A stretch of DNA of 64,000 nt from Hyphochytrium catenoides. Taxonomy: Eukaryota > Protista > Hyphochytriomycota. The DNA is taken from contig FLMG01001584.1 of assembly GCA_900088475.1 (NCBI GenBank), positions 1-64,000 of the forward strand, in the 5' to 3' direction. Numbering within the stretch: the stretch's first letter is position 1; the number at the start of each line of letters is the position of its first letter. The notes beneath the pieces are model-generated. The model made no database searches. It was not told the origin of the DNA and saw nothing but the letters and a program-made list of their open reading frames with translations. Both the position numbers and the translations under genes were made by a program. Shown here piece after piece: positions 1-11,853 of this stretch.

Positions 1-40
1 TCTCTCTCTCTCTCTCTCTCGTTGCTCTCCCTCTCTCTCC
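1..40. repeat. (CT)n microsatellite
   Basis: tctctctc... run with short interruptions at the window start. Confidence 0.9.
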
Positions 41-323
41 TTTTTAGACTCCCTCCCGCTCCGCCATCATGGGCTCGGAGATCTCGCTCCAGCTCAATGG
101 CTTTCGGCTGATACCCTAATGATCCATCCCTTTACCTAACATTGTCAGCCTCACTAGCTTGGCTTCACCTACCTCAAGAGCTCCGTCTTTATACTTCGTC
201 TATTGTCTGTCTGGTAGGTGGTTGGTGCTTAGCGGCTCGGAAGTGAGCAGCAACTGTTGAGGGGAGCCTTTCTCTGTTATACTTAGTTCTTCCGGGAAAC
301 AAAAGGCACAGAGCCAAACAAAT

Positions 324-3300
324 ATGCAGAACGAAAGCACACAGCACCGCGTCAGCGACGCTCTTAAAGATCGATATCCCTACCGCTCTCCTCCATTTAC
401 GTCAGAGGTCGACCCACAACAGGTAACTACGGCCTTCGGTGCGAGAGCTGTTCCAAAGCTGGCAGGAGCGCTGCTTCAGGAGGATCTTGATGAGCAAAAA
501 AAGATTCAGGCTCTGAAGGAGCTAAACGAGATGTTAAGCAATCAGGTTTGATGAGGATGGCTGCTGGTGTAGCGGTCGGGTCGTGACCGTCCTCCTCTTC
601 ATCTATGATTGCACATCTTCTTAGAGCTATAATGGGCATCCTGTGTGCCCTCCTTAATGCGCTGGTTTCGTAGTACTCAGCCTGACTGCCTGGTACACTG
701 TATCGCTCCATTTTCCAGGCAATGCTGGGCTGATGCCACACGTCCTACTGCAGATTCTCTCCTGAAGTTTGCAATCATCATCTCTTCTTCTTGTTCTCAG
801 AAGCTTGCTTAACGACAACTTTAATCTTGTTCTCCGTGTAGGAGAATAAAGCGCGAGTGATCAGTAACAACCTCATCCCAATTGGCTGTTCGCTGCTTGC
901 TGCAAGCTCCGAAGAAGTCCAATACCAGGCCGCTCTTCTCCTAGCAGGAATAGCTACCGATAGCCAGGTAAACGGCTTTCCTCTCTTAGGATAAGATAAA
1001 GACCTTCTTCTGAGCTTACTGCGTGCCTAGGGACGGAAAGGCTTGAAGGAAGTAGGCGGGTTCGAGGACCTCGTGGATCTTCTGCAGCACACTTCCTCGG
1101 TCAGTTGCATTCCGCCTCTTTCCATCCTAGAGGTTGCCCTGGCGCGTCCTCCCTGTAACCATCTCAGCTCTATCTTCTCCGCACACCGATAATCCGCTCT
1201 GAAGCAATGGTACCCATTATCGAGATCTCTTGCTGATTGTCCTTCAGTTAATCTTCATCTCCCATATATCATCTTTCGCCCGTCGCCCAGCCTTCCATCC
1301 CAAAGCCGCATTCCGCCTCTATTGAACTTCTCATCCAAGAGCTTCATGTCCACATCAACCTGTCTAAAGAAATGCTCATGTAGATGCGACATCGTGTGGC
1401 TGCCACCAAAGTTCTTATGGTAACATCAGAGTTTAGAGATGGCATTAAACTATTGTTAGCGGAGGAGAAGATTCTCAGAGACTGCGTGGCTGCATTGGAG
1501 GGTCTCCTTGCCTCACTCTCGCCAAATGGCGGCTCACTGTCTCGACCTTCTTCTCCTCTCGTCCAGTCTCTTCTCTTACATCTTATGACCTTCCTCTTCA
1601 ACATTGCAAAAGATGAGAAGGGTGTGGAGAGGATGATCGATGGCGGAGTTGTATCGATGAGCCTTTCCCTGCTAAAGCTGTTTCGAGAGCTGGAGCCATT
1701 GATCATTGAAAGAACACTTGGACTGGAATGGAAACTAGGCCACCTGGTACCGGCTTGAAGTTTCTGTTGCACAAGATCCTGCCCTTCTTTGTTTGGTCTC
1801 TTTACCCTACCCCAGGGTTCTTCCCTAGAACTGGCCCCTTATCTGCCAAACTATGAACTGAGGGACTCTAGGCTATTTGCTAATCGCTCTCTTCTTGTTC
1901 TGACATAGCTCTTTTGATAGCCCTTGCTCATTCAACTCTCAGCCGCAGGGTAAGTCGAGTCTCATCGAGAATGGAGGCGTAAGGTTAACCGCTGAAGTGC
2001 TCCAAGGAGTAATGGAAGGCGAGGTGCATGCGGATCAGCAGCTGCTGAGAAATATCAAGAGAGAATGTGCGACATGTTGTTAGGCGGGGCTTCAGAAGTA
2101 TATCTTAACTCTTCCCATTTTACTCGGCCGCCTTCCTTGTCCCTTCCCCAGCTAAGGCTCTTCTGAGGCGCCACTTGATGCTGTGTTAGGCCCTTTCTCC
2201 CGCCCCGTGACTTTCAGACTTGCTCTTCTTCTCCCAATAGCTTTCGTCATCATTGACATTGCTATCGGTGTGATAGGCACTGGCGCTCTTATGCTCCTTG
2301 GGACCTCAGAGGAAGGAAAAGTCGAGGTCTATAAGTACGCCGAGGAGCTTCTGGTTGCTCTTGTACAAGAGGAGACAGAAGATCAGAAAGCTGTTAGGAC
2401 CAATGCCGTTGCAGCCATTAGGAATGCCATTGAGGCGCCAGAGGTGAAGTCAATGCCTCTTTCTAACTATCATATGTAGACTTTCGCCGAACCTGTGCAT
2501 GACTCTTTACATCAACCGAGTACCTTTTTTTTTTCTGTCTCTTATCATTAGGTTACCCTTAAAGTGACCCTTTCTCTAACTCAAGGTCGTGAGCACGCTC
2601 GAGTGGTACCTCTGTCTTGATATCTTATTATACATCTCAGTTGCCTTGTCTTGCGTGGATTGACTTGCGGATCTTCTAAGTGACAATATTGCTTTTCCAA
2701 GTGATACTATTGCTCTTCTAACTGATACTACTTCTTGACTTTTTTCCCTTAGGGTCTACGCCGGTTCACGGAATCACTACTATTCAAACCCAAAACTTTG
2801 GTTGATGTGATTGGTCTTCGAGCCTGCCGGCCCCTGTTAGACCTCTCTCTTCCTGACAAATCAACCACAAGTCCGTCAACTTCCTCTTCTGGCATTCGTC
2901 TGCAAGCTCTCCATCTAATTCTTGAGCTGTCAAGTATGAAGGACGGCCCTGCGACGGTGATGAGCTGCCCAGGAGCGGTTGACACCCTCTCGACATCCTA
3001 CCTAGAAAGCAAAGAAGAAGAAACGGCTTTAAGAGATTCCGCCTACAATGTGCTGCTAGTGCTGGCGAAGGTGAGATCATGAAAGAGTAACTCGATCTGC
3101 CGTTATCACTTACGCAGACGTCGACCTGATCCTTCTTCACCGGCCAACGGCCCCATCTACATCCACTCTTCGCCTACATGACCCCCCACTGTCGCCTTTT
3201 AATCTTGAAAGCTCCTCCTTGTGCTGCCACTATTGGGGCTATCCTCCGCAAGTATCTCTTTTCCTCTAACGCGCCCCTTCCTTTAAGTTCCCCACCTACC

Positions 3301-3398
3301 GCTCAGTCATCCGGCGGCGGATTCAGGAAGACGTGGCATCCATAGACGTTATGAAGATGGACAAATATCAGGAGCTGACCAAGCTGCTTACTGAATAG
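324..3398 (+). CDS. RSPH14: Armadillo-repeat protein, radial spoke head 14 (RSP14/RTDR1)-like; multi-exon
   Basis: N-terminal DPQQVTTAFGARAVPKLAGALLQEDLDEQKKIQALKELNEML resembles the RSPH14 N-terminus. ARM-like exons follow (GRKGLKEVGGFEDLVDLL; LGHL|PQGKSSLIENGGV; TGALMLLGTSEEGK; RTNAVAAIRNAIEAPE) with GT-AG junctions. Last exon EDVASIDVMKMDKYQELTKLLTE* ends at TAG 3396-3398 (less certain). Confidence 0.72.
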
Positions 3399-3735
3399 AG
3401 GAAGCTCTTGACCAGAATCAGATGACCGGTATGTTTAGGGGTCTAGGACGCTTGTAAGGTTAGGACAGGACTTTTAGCAGTGGTTCTGTCACACATGATG
3501 GACGGCTCTCCAGCTCTTCGATGTGTTATGATTATATTTACAGCAAAACCCGCGGCTTTGAAAGCTTTAACTGTCCCACATTTCTCTCACATTCATACTG
3601 ACAAGGGCTCCGTCCTCTTTGTATGTCCAGCTCTCTCACTTGAATCGCCACTAGGGACCTAGTAGGGACCTAGGGATCACTAAAAAGCCTCTTCCAGCCC
3701 TCTGGGCCCCAGCTATCACACGCTCCAACGGCCCC

Positions 3736-5308
3736 TTAATGTCCTTCGACAGATGGATAGCTAGCCGCCATCAGAATACCGCACTGACCTCCCTCTTGCT
3801 GCTTGTTTCTCTCAATGAGAAAGTAGCCATTCATGCCCCACGACTGGCCCCAGGAGTTCTTAAGCTTATAATACGGAGTACCATCTTGATACACACCGTA
3901 CCCTACAGCAAGGACTCCGTGGTCAAGATTGGTTCCACACTCTCCTGTTAGTACCCCATCATGGTAGAACATCATTCCGCTTTCATCAGCTTCAATGGCC
4001 ACTGCCACTGGCTGGCGCGCAATAGCAGCCATCAGTGCCTCTTCAGACTCTTCAACGTCCGTGTAGTTTGAGACTCTGGAGCCTTTGACGATATGGCATT
4101 CGTCCCTCTTGCAAGTTGGGCCCTTAACAGCCTCATACGGGTATTCTTCCCAGCTGCAATAGCCCTTATGGCGCATAATCCAAGCAAAAGCATGATCCAT
4201 GAGGCCTCCATTGCAGGCCATATCGTCCTGATCGCAATCCAACAGCTGTTGAACAGAAAGGTCTACTAGCTGCTTCGTAGCAAGAAAATACGCGCTTTCC
4301 ACCGCACCCGTGGCAGAAAAAGCCCAGCATGAGCCGCACTGTCCTTGGTTCTTCACTTTGGTAACAGCTCCCTCCTTGACCCAATCAACTTCCTTAGGAA
4401 GACGGATCGAACCCGTAACAGAGTTTAGTGTACCCTGAGTGAGAAACGGGTTTCTCTTCCTGTTTCTTAAGGTTTTCAAAACGCTCTCAGGAATCTTCGC
4501 ACCGAAATGCTGGCGGCGGAACTCCTCGAAGGACAGATGAGAGAACTCATTGTGAGCCATTGTCCAGGTCTTGCCTGACAGGTTGTGCTTGATAATCTTG
4601 TAGTGATTCTCAATGAACTGATCGAGGCGTCTGATCCACTCCTCAAGAGTGGAAAAGGTTTTGCCAAATTGAGACGCCCATTTCTGGAACAGGTAGTATA
4701 CGTCCGTGGGGCGGGATAGAGGAGACTGATCGTGGCGGAACACATGAACTTCCTCCTGTCTCTTTTGCTCTGAAGGTTTGATATCAACCTCCATGGCAAC
4801 ACACGAAAGAGTCTCGCCGGCTTCGTTCTCGACCGTGATCTTTACATTGACACCATCCAGTTTCGGGGCATCGGCTGGCACGTCCTGTTGCACTACTGCC
4901 TGGAACTTCTGCCCCTTCTTCACTGGACAGGAAAGAGAGAGGTCGGAACAGACCTTGAAACTTTCCTCAATGAGCTTGATTCCCATTACGTTGACTTCAA
5001 TCTTCGCCTTTCCTCCAGTAACGTCCAAGGAAGGGGTCCTACAGGTCGCGCCCGCACCCGGTCAGTAAGGTAGTTATAAGTCAGCATTCTGTCTGAGATC
5101 CATGGGCTGGGGTGGGCGCCCATGACGAATCTGAAAGAACTTACCCGAGGAGCTCGACATGCAGCTTCGTCCCGGCAATCACAGGGTCAGGTTTTAGGTT
5201 AACCGCATTGATAGCTAGCTTGTCCTGGGCGCAGGTCTTATATTCATGGGCCTGTGATCCCGCTAAGAAGAGGAGAAGCGCTGCAGTAGAGCCAAGAACG
5301 TTCCGCAT
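3736..5308 (-). CDS. Secreted papain-family (C1A) cathepsin L-like cysteine protease with N-terminal ML (MD-2/NPC2-like lipid-recognition) domain and I29 propeptide
   Basis: ATG 5308 gives signal peptide MRNVLGSTAALLLFLAGSQA; one intron (~5144-5039). ML-type Cys pattern YKTC..PDPVIAG..FKVC..SCPVKKG..LSCV; ERFNIN-type EWIRRLDQFIENHYKIIKHN; catalytic QCGSCWAF, LDHGVLAVGYG, KNSWG. Confidence 0.93.
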
Positions 5309-6540
5309 CTTTCCCTATGGAGTACGTCGCCGCCACTGTTGAGAGTACCACGGAATTGGGAGAAAGTTCTTGGGAACAGTCTTCCTTGACCGTGGAAGAT
5401 TGAAGAATGCAGCTCGTCTCTTCTTGGACACAGACTGAAGTGTCTGCAACAGTTCAAGTATTGCATTTGTACTGGGCTCCTCACGTGCTGTCTCTCTCCT
5501 CTCTGTCTTGTGCCCTCCAGCTCACATGCAAGTTTAATCGTCTGGCCATTTGCTTTCTTCACCCTGTCTCACACTCTCTGTCTCACACTGAAAACTCAAT
5601 TAGACTCAAGGGCAGTATCCTGGGAGGGGCAAGGAAGAGGAAAAGAGCAATGAAGAAATCTAAACGGCCGGCGAAGGATCAGGAGACTCAGGGGCTTAGC
5701 CATTTGACAGTCAAGTTACGATGCGGTTTATATCGGAATGAACTTTGTTCAGAATTGGTGTGGCTTTTGTGCTCACTACTACTATGCCTTGCTGGGTATT
5801 ATGCTATGGGTCATAGGTCCTAGGCGAGTACTACTACTGCCGCCATTGATAAGACTGAAGTAGTAGTAAGATCGGAGCCTGGCAGAGCTTAACGCATAGT
5901 GTACTCCTAGTAATGCGGTGCCGGTTGAAGTTGAATGAAGGGAATCGCCTTCTTTCCTTGGGAAATGTGGACTTTTGGGAATGACCTCCTCTCCTCTTCA
6001 TCAGCTCTTCATCAGCTCATCAGTCCCAAAGTACTCACAAGCAAACAGTCGAAGCAAGGAAGCCAGGACAAGCTTCTTCCACCAGCAGCAGCAGGTGAAC
6101 TGGGTTGGCGGGGAGGATGGCGTGGATTGAACGACAGCGATTATGAGTTCAGAAGTAGAAGGTGGTTCCTACTTTTTGGAGGCTGTGTGCAGGTGCTAGA
6201 GGAAGTCACCCCTATTCTTTTTCCTTCTTTTGCATCAGAAGTATCAAGGTCCCTGCCATTTTGCGGATCTATAACAGCGAGAGAAGGAGGATTTAGAAGC
6301 TAGGAGCTCTTTCTCCTGTGTCTGTGTCTTGGTTTCCATCGAAAGGCAGCAGGCGTAACAAAAAGCTTTTACAGTTGCAGATTACGTACATAACAGAAAC
6401 GCGACATCTGAACAGCAATACTGTAGCTAGGAAGAGAAAGGGGTATTATCCCTGCCAGGCAACAGAGCAGAGTGTCTGACAGAAATTGGTGGCCATTTTT
6501 TAGGGCATCGTAGTGAAATCATCCGACATAAGAGAAGGAA

Positions 6541-6574
6541 GCGCCAGGCCGTAGGAGGCGCTAGGCCGTAGGAG
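6541..6574. repeat. 17-bp tandem duplication gcgcYaggccgtaggag x2
   Basis: gcgccaggccgtaggag directly followed by gcgctaggccgtaggag. Confidence 0.85.
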
Positions 6575-6691
6575 CTACGCACCAATGAAGTCGGATTATT
6601 GTGTCGTAAAAAACGGGATAACATTAATTAATAAATAAACAGGCGCCTGCTGCACAGACCGCTGCTACTTCAGCTTGTATGGCCTTTATTC

Positions 6692-6747
6692 CTTTTCCTC
6701 AGACTACTTATCAACCTGACTTTTCCTCAGACTACTTATCAACCTGA
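6692..6747. repeat. Perfect 28-bp tandem duplication
   Basis: cttttcctcagactacttatcaacctga x2. Confidence 0.95.
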
Positions 6748-7348
6748 GCAAACATTATCATCAATAAACTGTCTACAAAGTGGCCTCCTTCCCAAGTCAC
6801 ACGGGATCCTGTGTTTGAAAGGGTCGAGGCTATTCTCCTTTTCCACACCCTCTATCTTGCAGCATAATTGTGGCTTCATTGTCACCATTCTGTGCAGTTT
6901 ATGAATCCTTTTTGAAAAGCCATAATATCACCCGAAGAAGACAGAACAGAAGAACGGACAGTGTCCGTCCCGCCAGGAGCGGTAGCGCAGCAAGTGTATG
7001 GCCTACTGTCTTCTTCTCTCTCATCGATCATGACTGATGTAAGCCGTTATTAGTAGAAGAGTTACATCACATCATCCTCCCTGAAGGTAATGATAGTCCA
7101 TTCTCATTACAGGTGGCCTGAATGGCGTTATTACCGCTTCTTACGGAACTACTCGAGATCGGTTCTTCAGGTTTTAATAACAATATTGGTAATGTTTGAG
7201 ACTAACTATTGGTGGTGTCTCCCACTTCTTTACCACATGTCTCCATTGTCCCTTACTTCTTGTTGGGAGGCATCCAAACTCATCATCTAATAAAGAACAA
7301 CTACTCTACTACGATCTTAGGGCCGCTGCTTTGCCTCCGTTTGATAAA

Positions 7349-7377
7349 TTAGGGTTAGGGCTAGGGTACTCTAACCC
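7349..7377. repeat. Interstitial telomere-like hexamers with inverted copy
   Basis: TTAGGG TTAGGG CTAGGG tact CTAACCC; GGGTTAG (7352-7358) is complementary to CTAACCC (7371-7377). Confidence 0.7.
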
Positions 7378-7741
7378 ATAAAACAATCTAAAATTTCACA
7401 GATCCAGACATAGGCTTACATTCAAATTCATTATCATCATCACCCCTGTCTTCAAGAAACGTCTTCTCTCATTATTATTACTTGTACTTCATTTTTACTT
7501 ACATATGCCCTTTTATTAACGAACAATTAGAAAGGAGTGATAAGAAGTAGACTACTGTTTACTGATGAGGAGCGTGGAGGAGATCGAGCTGAGGACGAGA
7601 CCATGCTTTCCTTGTTTCTTTTCTTCTTCTTCTTCTTCTTCATCTTTTACTTCTTGATTTACTCTTCCTTTGTTTATCTTATTCTCATAGTATAGTCTTG
7701 TTCTTCTTAGTAGTTATAACTGCTCGCTAATAATGATATTA

Positions 7742-7842
7742 AAGTGGAACTACTAGAAGAAAAGAAGACACGAAAGATGTACTAACGATAATAATGAAAT
7801 TGAAGTGGAACTACTAGAAGAAAAGAAGACACGAAAGATGTA
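7742..7842. repeat. 40-bp direct repeat (61-bp period) flanked by (TTC)n and (AAG)n tracts
   Basis: aagtggaactactagaagaaaagaagacacgaaagatgta at 7742-7781 and 7803-7842. Confidence 0.92.
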
Positions 7843-8354
7843 TGTACTACGAACAAGAAGAAGAAGAAGAACAAGCAAAAGTACTTAGAAGTTACCCGGA
7901 AAAATTCCTATCGTTCTAGCTTACCGTATTGAAGCAACAGCACAACGATTTACAGTCGTACAGACGGTTGTACAGATGAGCTCACAAGTTCCTACAAACA
8001 CGCATTGGTCCCTAAAGACAGGTATTCTTGGCGCCACCACCCAATGGCAGGACATGGAGGACGATAATAAGAGGGAAGAAAGGTGTGAACATCAGCTTCT
8101 GAACCGCCAGAGCAGCTCCTGCATTATGAAGCTTCATCGGATCATTGTCCTCTTCTGTCGGCCTCATCCGCCATCAATCCCTCACTGGCTAGTTACACGA
8201 CTGATAGAGACACACTAACACTGCGGCTGGCAGGGAGGACGAGTGATCACGCTCGTCTCGCCTGCTTCTTTAGCGATAGCGGTGTGACGCTGAGTTCGTT
8301 GAGGTGTTTTGACGCCCATTACAGCGTGAGGTTGAGTTGGCCAGAGCCAGGACC

Positions 8355-9843
8355 ATGGCCGGGAAGAAAAGAAAGTCTACAGGCACTGGCGATGAAGTCG
8401 CCACCAAGCAAGGGCAGGCAACAGAGCAAAAGGCTCCTAAGGAGTATGGAGGGTATAAGATCGTCTTTCTTCCACTGCCACATGGAGCGGGTTATCGCTA
8501 CATGTACTTGAAAGAGCACAGGGATAAGACAGGAGAAGCGCAGGTGACTTTACTTCCAGTGTCCTTGATCTCTATCTTTCAGATTCCTTCCGCCAAATTA
8601 CTGGCACTCCTCATTTCAATATGCCTAAGTATTTTATGTTAGCACTCTTGTTCCGCTCTCCCCGGAAAAGCGAGTTGCTTACAAGATCTTGCTCTTTGGA
8701 ATTATTGTGACTAGGGTCGAACACTCTTTATGAGCAACGTCCCGCCGTTCTTTAAAGATGAGCAAATCATCCACCTCTTCAAGGGTGTCAAGATTGAGAG
8801 CGTCCGAATTGGTGCCAACAAACCTGGGACGGCTAGGATAGCTCATGTGGTCTTCACGTCCACGAAGGGGTTACAGAGGTCGCTTGCATCTTCGTGGACT
8901 CTTTCTGAAGAAGAAATGTACGGTAGTGATACGCTCACAGGCTACGAAAGTAAGTGCACAAATGGGAAGTGTGGACTGGCGGAGTAATCGAAGCATCGTC
9001 AGAAGCTTTTCACTAACATAGGAAGAAGACTCAACGCTAGAATGCGAGATGACGTCCGCAGAACGTTGCAGTTTGTGCGAGAGGGCCAATAGAGTTTACG
9101 TATACTGTACAGCTAACCTCTCTCCCTTTTGACAGGGTATCTGGCTCATTATAAGGAACAGAGGCCCGACCCCGACCTTTTGCTGGATCAACTGAACAGC
9201 TACATTGATGACTTCGAAGCTCAAGAGGAGGAGGTGAGTGTTTACCGTAGAAGAAGCATTATAGTAATGGGTAGTCTAGGGCAGCTGACAAGGTAATCAG
9301 AACTGTATACCAGCAAGAATAACGCGGTCGATAGCAGAGTTCCGAAATGGGGCCTAAGCTGGTTTCTTTCGTTCTAAGTGTCTTCGTATCTCTATTCACA
9401 CCCCAGCGGAAGCAGGAGCTGAAGCGTAAGGCTTCGGAACCCGATGAGGACGGCTTTGTCATGGTCACCAGAAAGAAGAAGCCTCGGATGGAAGAAGAAA
9501 AGAAGAAGAGAAAGAAAAAGAAGCCAAAGGAGCTGCAGAACTTCTACCGATTCCAGATGAGAGAACAAAAGCGAAATCGTGAGTAGAGCTGGCTTAACCT
9601 TGCCATTTGTACCCTTTTTGCCGTTCTTCTCTGTTCGCATAGCTATTGTCATGGACACCCTCGCCATTGCAATAGCTCGCCTTTCAAGCATATTGTGCAT
9701 CCTGGGTATCCCAGTTCTCCTTTGATCACTGACTAACGCTTCCTTCTCACTACTCAGGCCTAATGGAGCTAAGAGAGAAGTTTGAAGAGGATAAAAAACG
9801 CATTGCTCAGCTCAAGGCGGCAAGACGGTTCAAACCCCAGTGA
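8355..9843 (+). CDS. RRP7: Ribosomal RNA-processing protein 7 (UTP-C/CURI component); 5 exons
   Basis: RRM-like RYMYLKEH..GRTLFMSNVPP; C-terminal RRP7 motifs PDEDGFVMVTR, KELQNFYRFQMREQKR, LREKFEEDKKRIAQLKAARRFKPQ*. Confidence 0.93.
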
Positions 9844-10106
9844 GTGATCGGAACTTTGTCAGGAAATGACGTCCTTGCGCTGCTCAATACCGACTGAGGG
9901 AGCAGAAGACCTGGAGAGCTACAAGGGTGCTGATTACCTTTTCTGTACCATAATATACATAGTGAGTCTCGACCTATAAGAAGGTCAGGCTAAACTGACA
10001 GCTGGTGCTCACAGTTTTACGGGGTACTTGGGCATCCTTAACAATGTAAAGCCACTTGACGGTAGCGTCTCTACCGTGCTGGTCTTCCTTTTGTAACTTA
10101 AAACGC

Positions 10107-11460
10107 CTATGGTTCCTTATCTCCTTCAATAGCCCCACAGCCTGTCACAATACATGGCCGAATCGGCCTTTGATTCCGTAGCGGGAGGCCCGCAATCTTC
10201 CGTATTGTTGCCATCCCACTGATGACTCGGCCGAACACTACCTTCTTGCAATCCAACCAGTCCAATCTCTGAAGAGAGATGAAGAACTGTGAGTTATTGC
10301 TGTGAGGGCCGCTGTTTGCCATTGCCTATGCAAGGGACGGAGTGGACAATGGTTTAGTTCGCTGCTTGACTTAGCTCATGGCTCGTGTAGTCGAAACTGG
10401 GAAAGAGCCTAGATAGGGTTAGCACGAAGTCCGGTCCGCCGCGGGACCACCAGCTTGCAGCACTTGTCTTGTCCTATAGTAGTCCCTTATACTCGGTTTC
10501 CATGACCACTTACCAGGGTTCCTGGGCCGTTCTGCTTGGCAGAGAATGACTCGTCTGCAAATGTTGGGCCATAGATGGAGTGGCCCTTAGAACCGCTACC
10601 ATCAACAATATCTACATGTAAAATGAAGACAATTAGAAGCAAGCTGACACCATTTGTCTCCTCCCAAGTTATCATTCCGGGTAGATGCTCACCTCCACCT
10701 TGTATCCAACCACCCGTAGCCACTCTGTGGATAGGAGCGTTAAGATAATGCAAAGTAACTCCTTCATCACTCTTTCCTTTCTCTCCAGTACACAGAGCGC
10801 GGAAGTTTTCGACTGTGCGAGGACACACATCAGAGAAGAGCTCAAAGACTACTCTGCCAAGAACCAGTGGAGAGTACTCAGTCTTTGCATCCGGATCTGA
10901 TTCGTCTCTCTTGACCTCTTTCTCGGTCGTAAAGTCCATGTAACAGTATACATGGCCCGACCGCTCACGATACAGAGCGTATTCTTTCTTGGCTAGAGTG
11001 CGGAAGAACTCCTCATCGTTAGAATGATCAAATGCGTCAAAATCGAGGGTTTGAGCACAGAATCTTTCAAACTCCTCCGGTCCTCCAATATAATGATTCT
11101 CATCATAGTACACGAGAGGAGAACGTCTGTGCTGCCCGGCACTGGCACCAAGAAGGCCCTGACGTAAAGGAAGCGTAAGACTTTATGCTAAAGATTAAGT
11201 CTCGAACTTCTGGGAAGGAGCGAACACCTTCACCGAGGAGGGAAGAGCCAATTTAGAGGGCGGGCAAGAATACTCACCGCTGATTTTGATTCGGCATACT
11301 CTCCCCACTCTGTCTCAACCATCGGAAGGACACATGACTCAATGTCGCTCCGCACCGAAAGTAGGTCTTGGATCATTTTTTTGCACTTGTGAAAGCGGGG
11401 GCAGTCAATCCTGCCTGCTATGGTGATCTTCATTGACTTTTTGATCTCACCCCTTACCAT
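10107..11460 (-). CDS. PPIL6: Cyclophilin-like protein PPIL6 (radial spoke RSP12-like), probably catalytically impaired
   Basis: N-terminal KITIAGRIDCPRFHKCK extension plus cyclophilin core GRVVFELFSDVCPRTVENFRALCTGEKG, IHRVATGGWIQGGD, SIYGPTFADESF, MANSGPHSNNSQFFI, WLDCKKVVFGRVISG. Confidence 0.85.
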
Positions 11461-11566
11461 GGTCTTTGGTGGGCGGGTGGACGGGATACAAGGAAGTATG
11501 ACTTATTCTAGTGGATGCTATGAGTTTGCCACCAGCGACCTGGAAGCTGATGATGGGCTGTCACGA

Positions 11567-11649
11567 NNNNNNNNNNNNNNNNNNNNNNNNNNNNNNNNNN
11601 NNNNNNNNNNNNNNNNNNNNNNNNNNNNNNNNNNNNNNNNNNNNNNNNN
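11567..11649. other. Assembly gap (N run)
   Basis: run of n. Confidence 1.
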
Positions 11650-11797
11650 TACTAACAACATCATCAGGAGCGGAGGAGGAGCCGGTGCGGTGCTGCCGCT
11701 GGTCCATCTTGAGGCTTCATCCAGAAGAAGGGCCAGGACTTGGCCGGAAGTAGTCAAAAATTGAGATTCGGGCGTTACAACAAAATACAAGGTAGCT

Positions 11798-11853
11798 AAG
11801 TACAAGTACAAGTAGGCCTTTTACTTGGGTACAAGTACAAGAACCAAGTACAA
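11798..11853. repeat. AAGTAC/GTACAA short tandem motif cluster, possible DNA-transposon subterminal remnant
   Basis: aagtacaagtacaagta..tacttgggtacaagtacaagaaccaagtacaa near an assembly gap. Confidence 0.55.

Noticed and set aside
5407-6303. ORFs of 138 aa and 122 aa upstream of the cathepsin
   Set aside because: No recognisable motifs or consistent exon structure; likely chance ORFs, like most short antisense ORFs in the track
7561-7602. CTGATGAG hammerhead-like core
   Set aside because: No stem II followed by GAAA and no flanking helices
6692-7842. CRISPR-like array from 28-40 bp repeats
   Set aside because: Only two copies each, no series of unique spacers, no cas genes, eukaryotic context
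11816-11824. GCCTTTTAC identical to U5 snRNA loop I
   Set aside because: Flanks do not form the U5 stem around the 9-mer, it sits inside an AAGTAC repeat cluster, and no convincing Sm site follows
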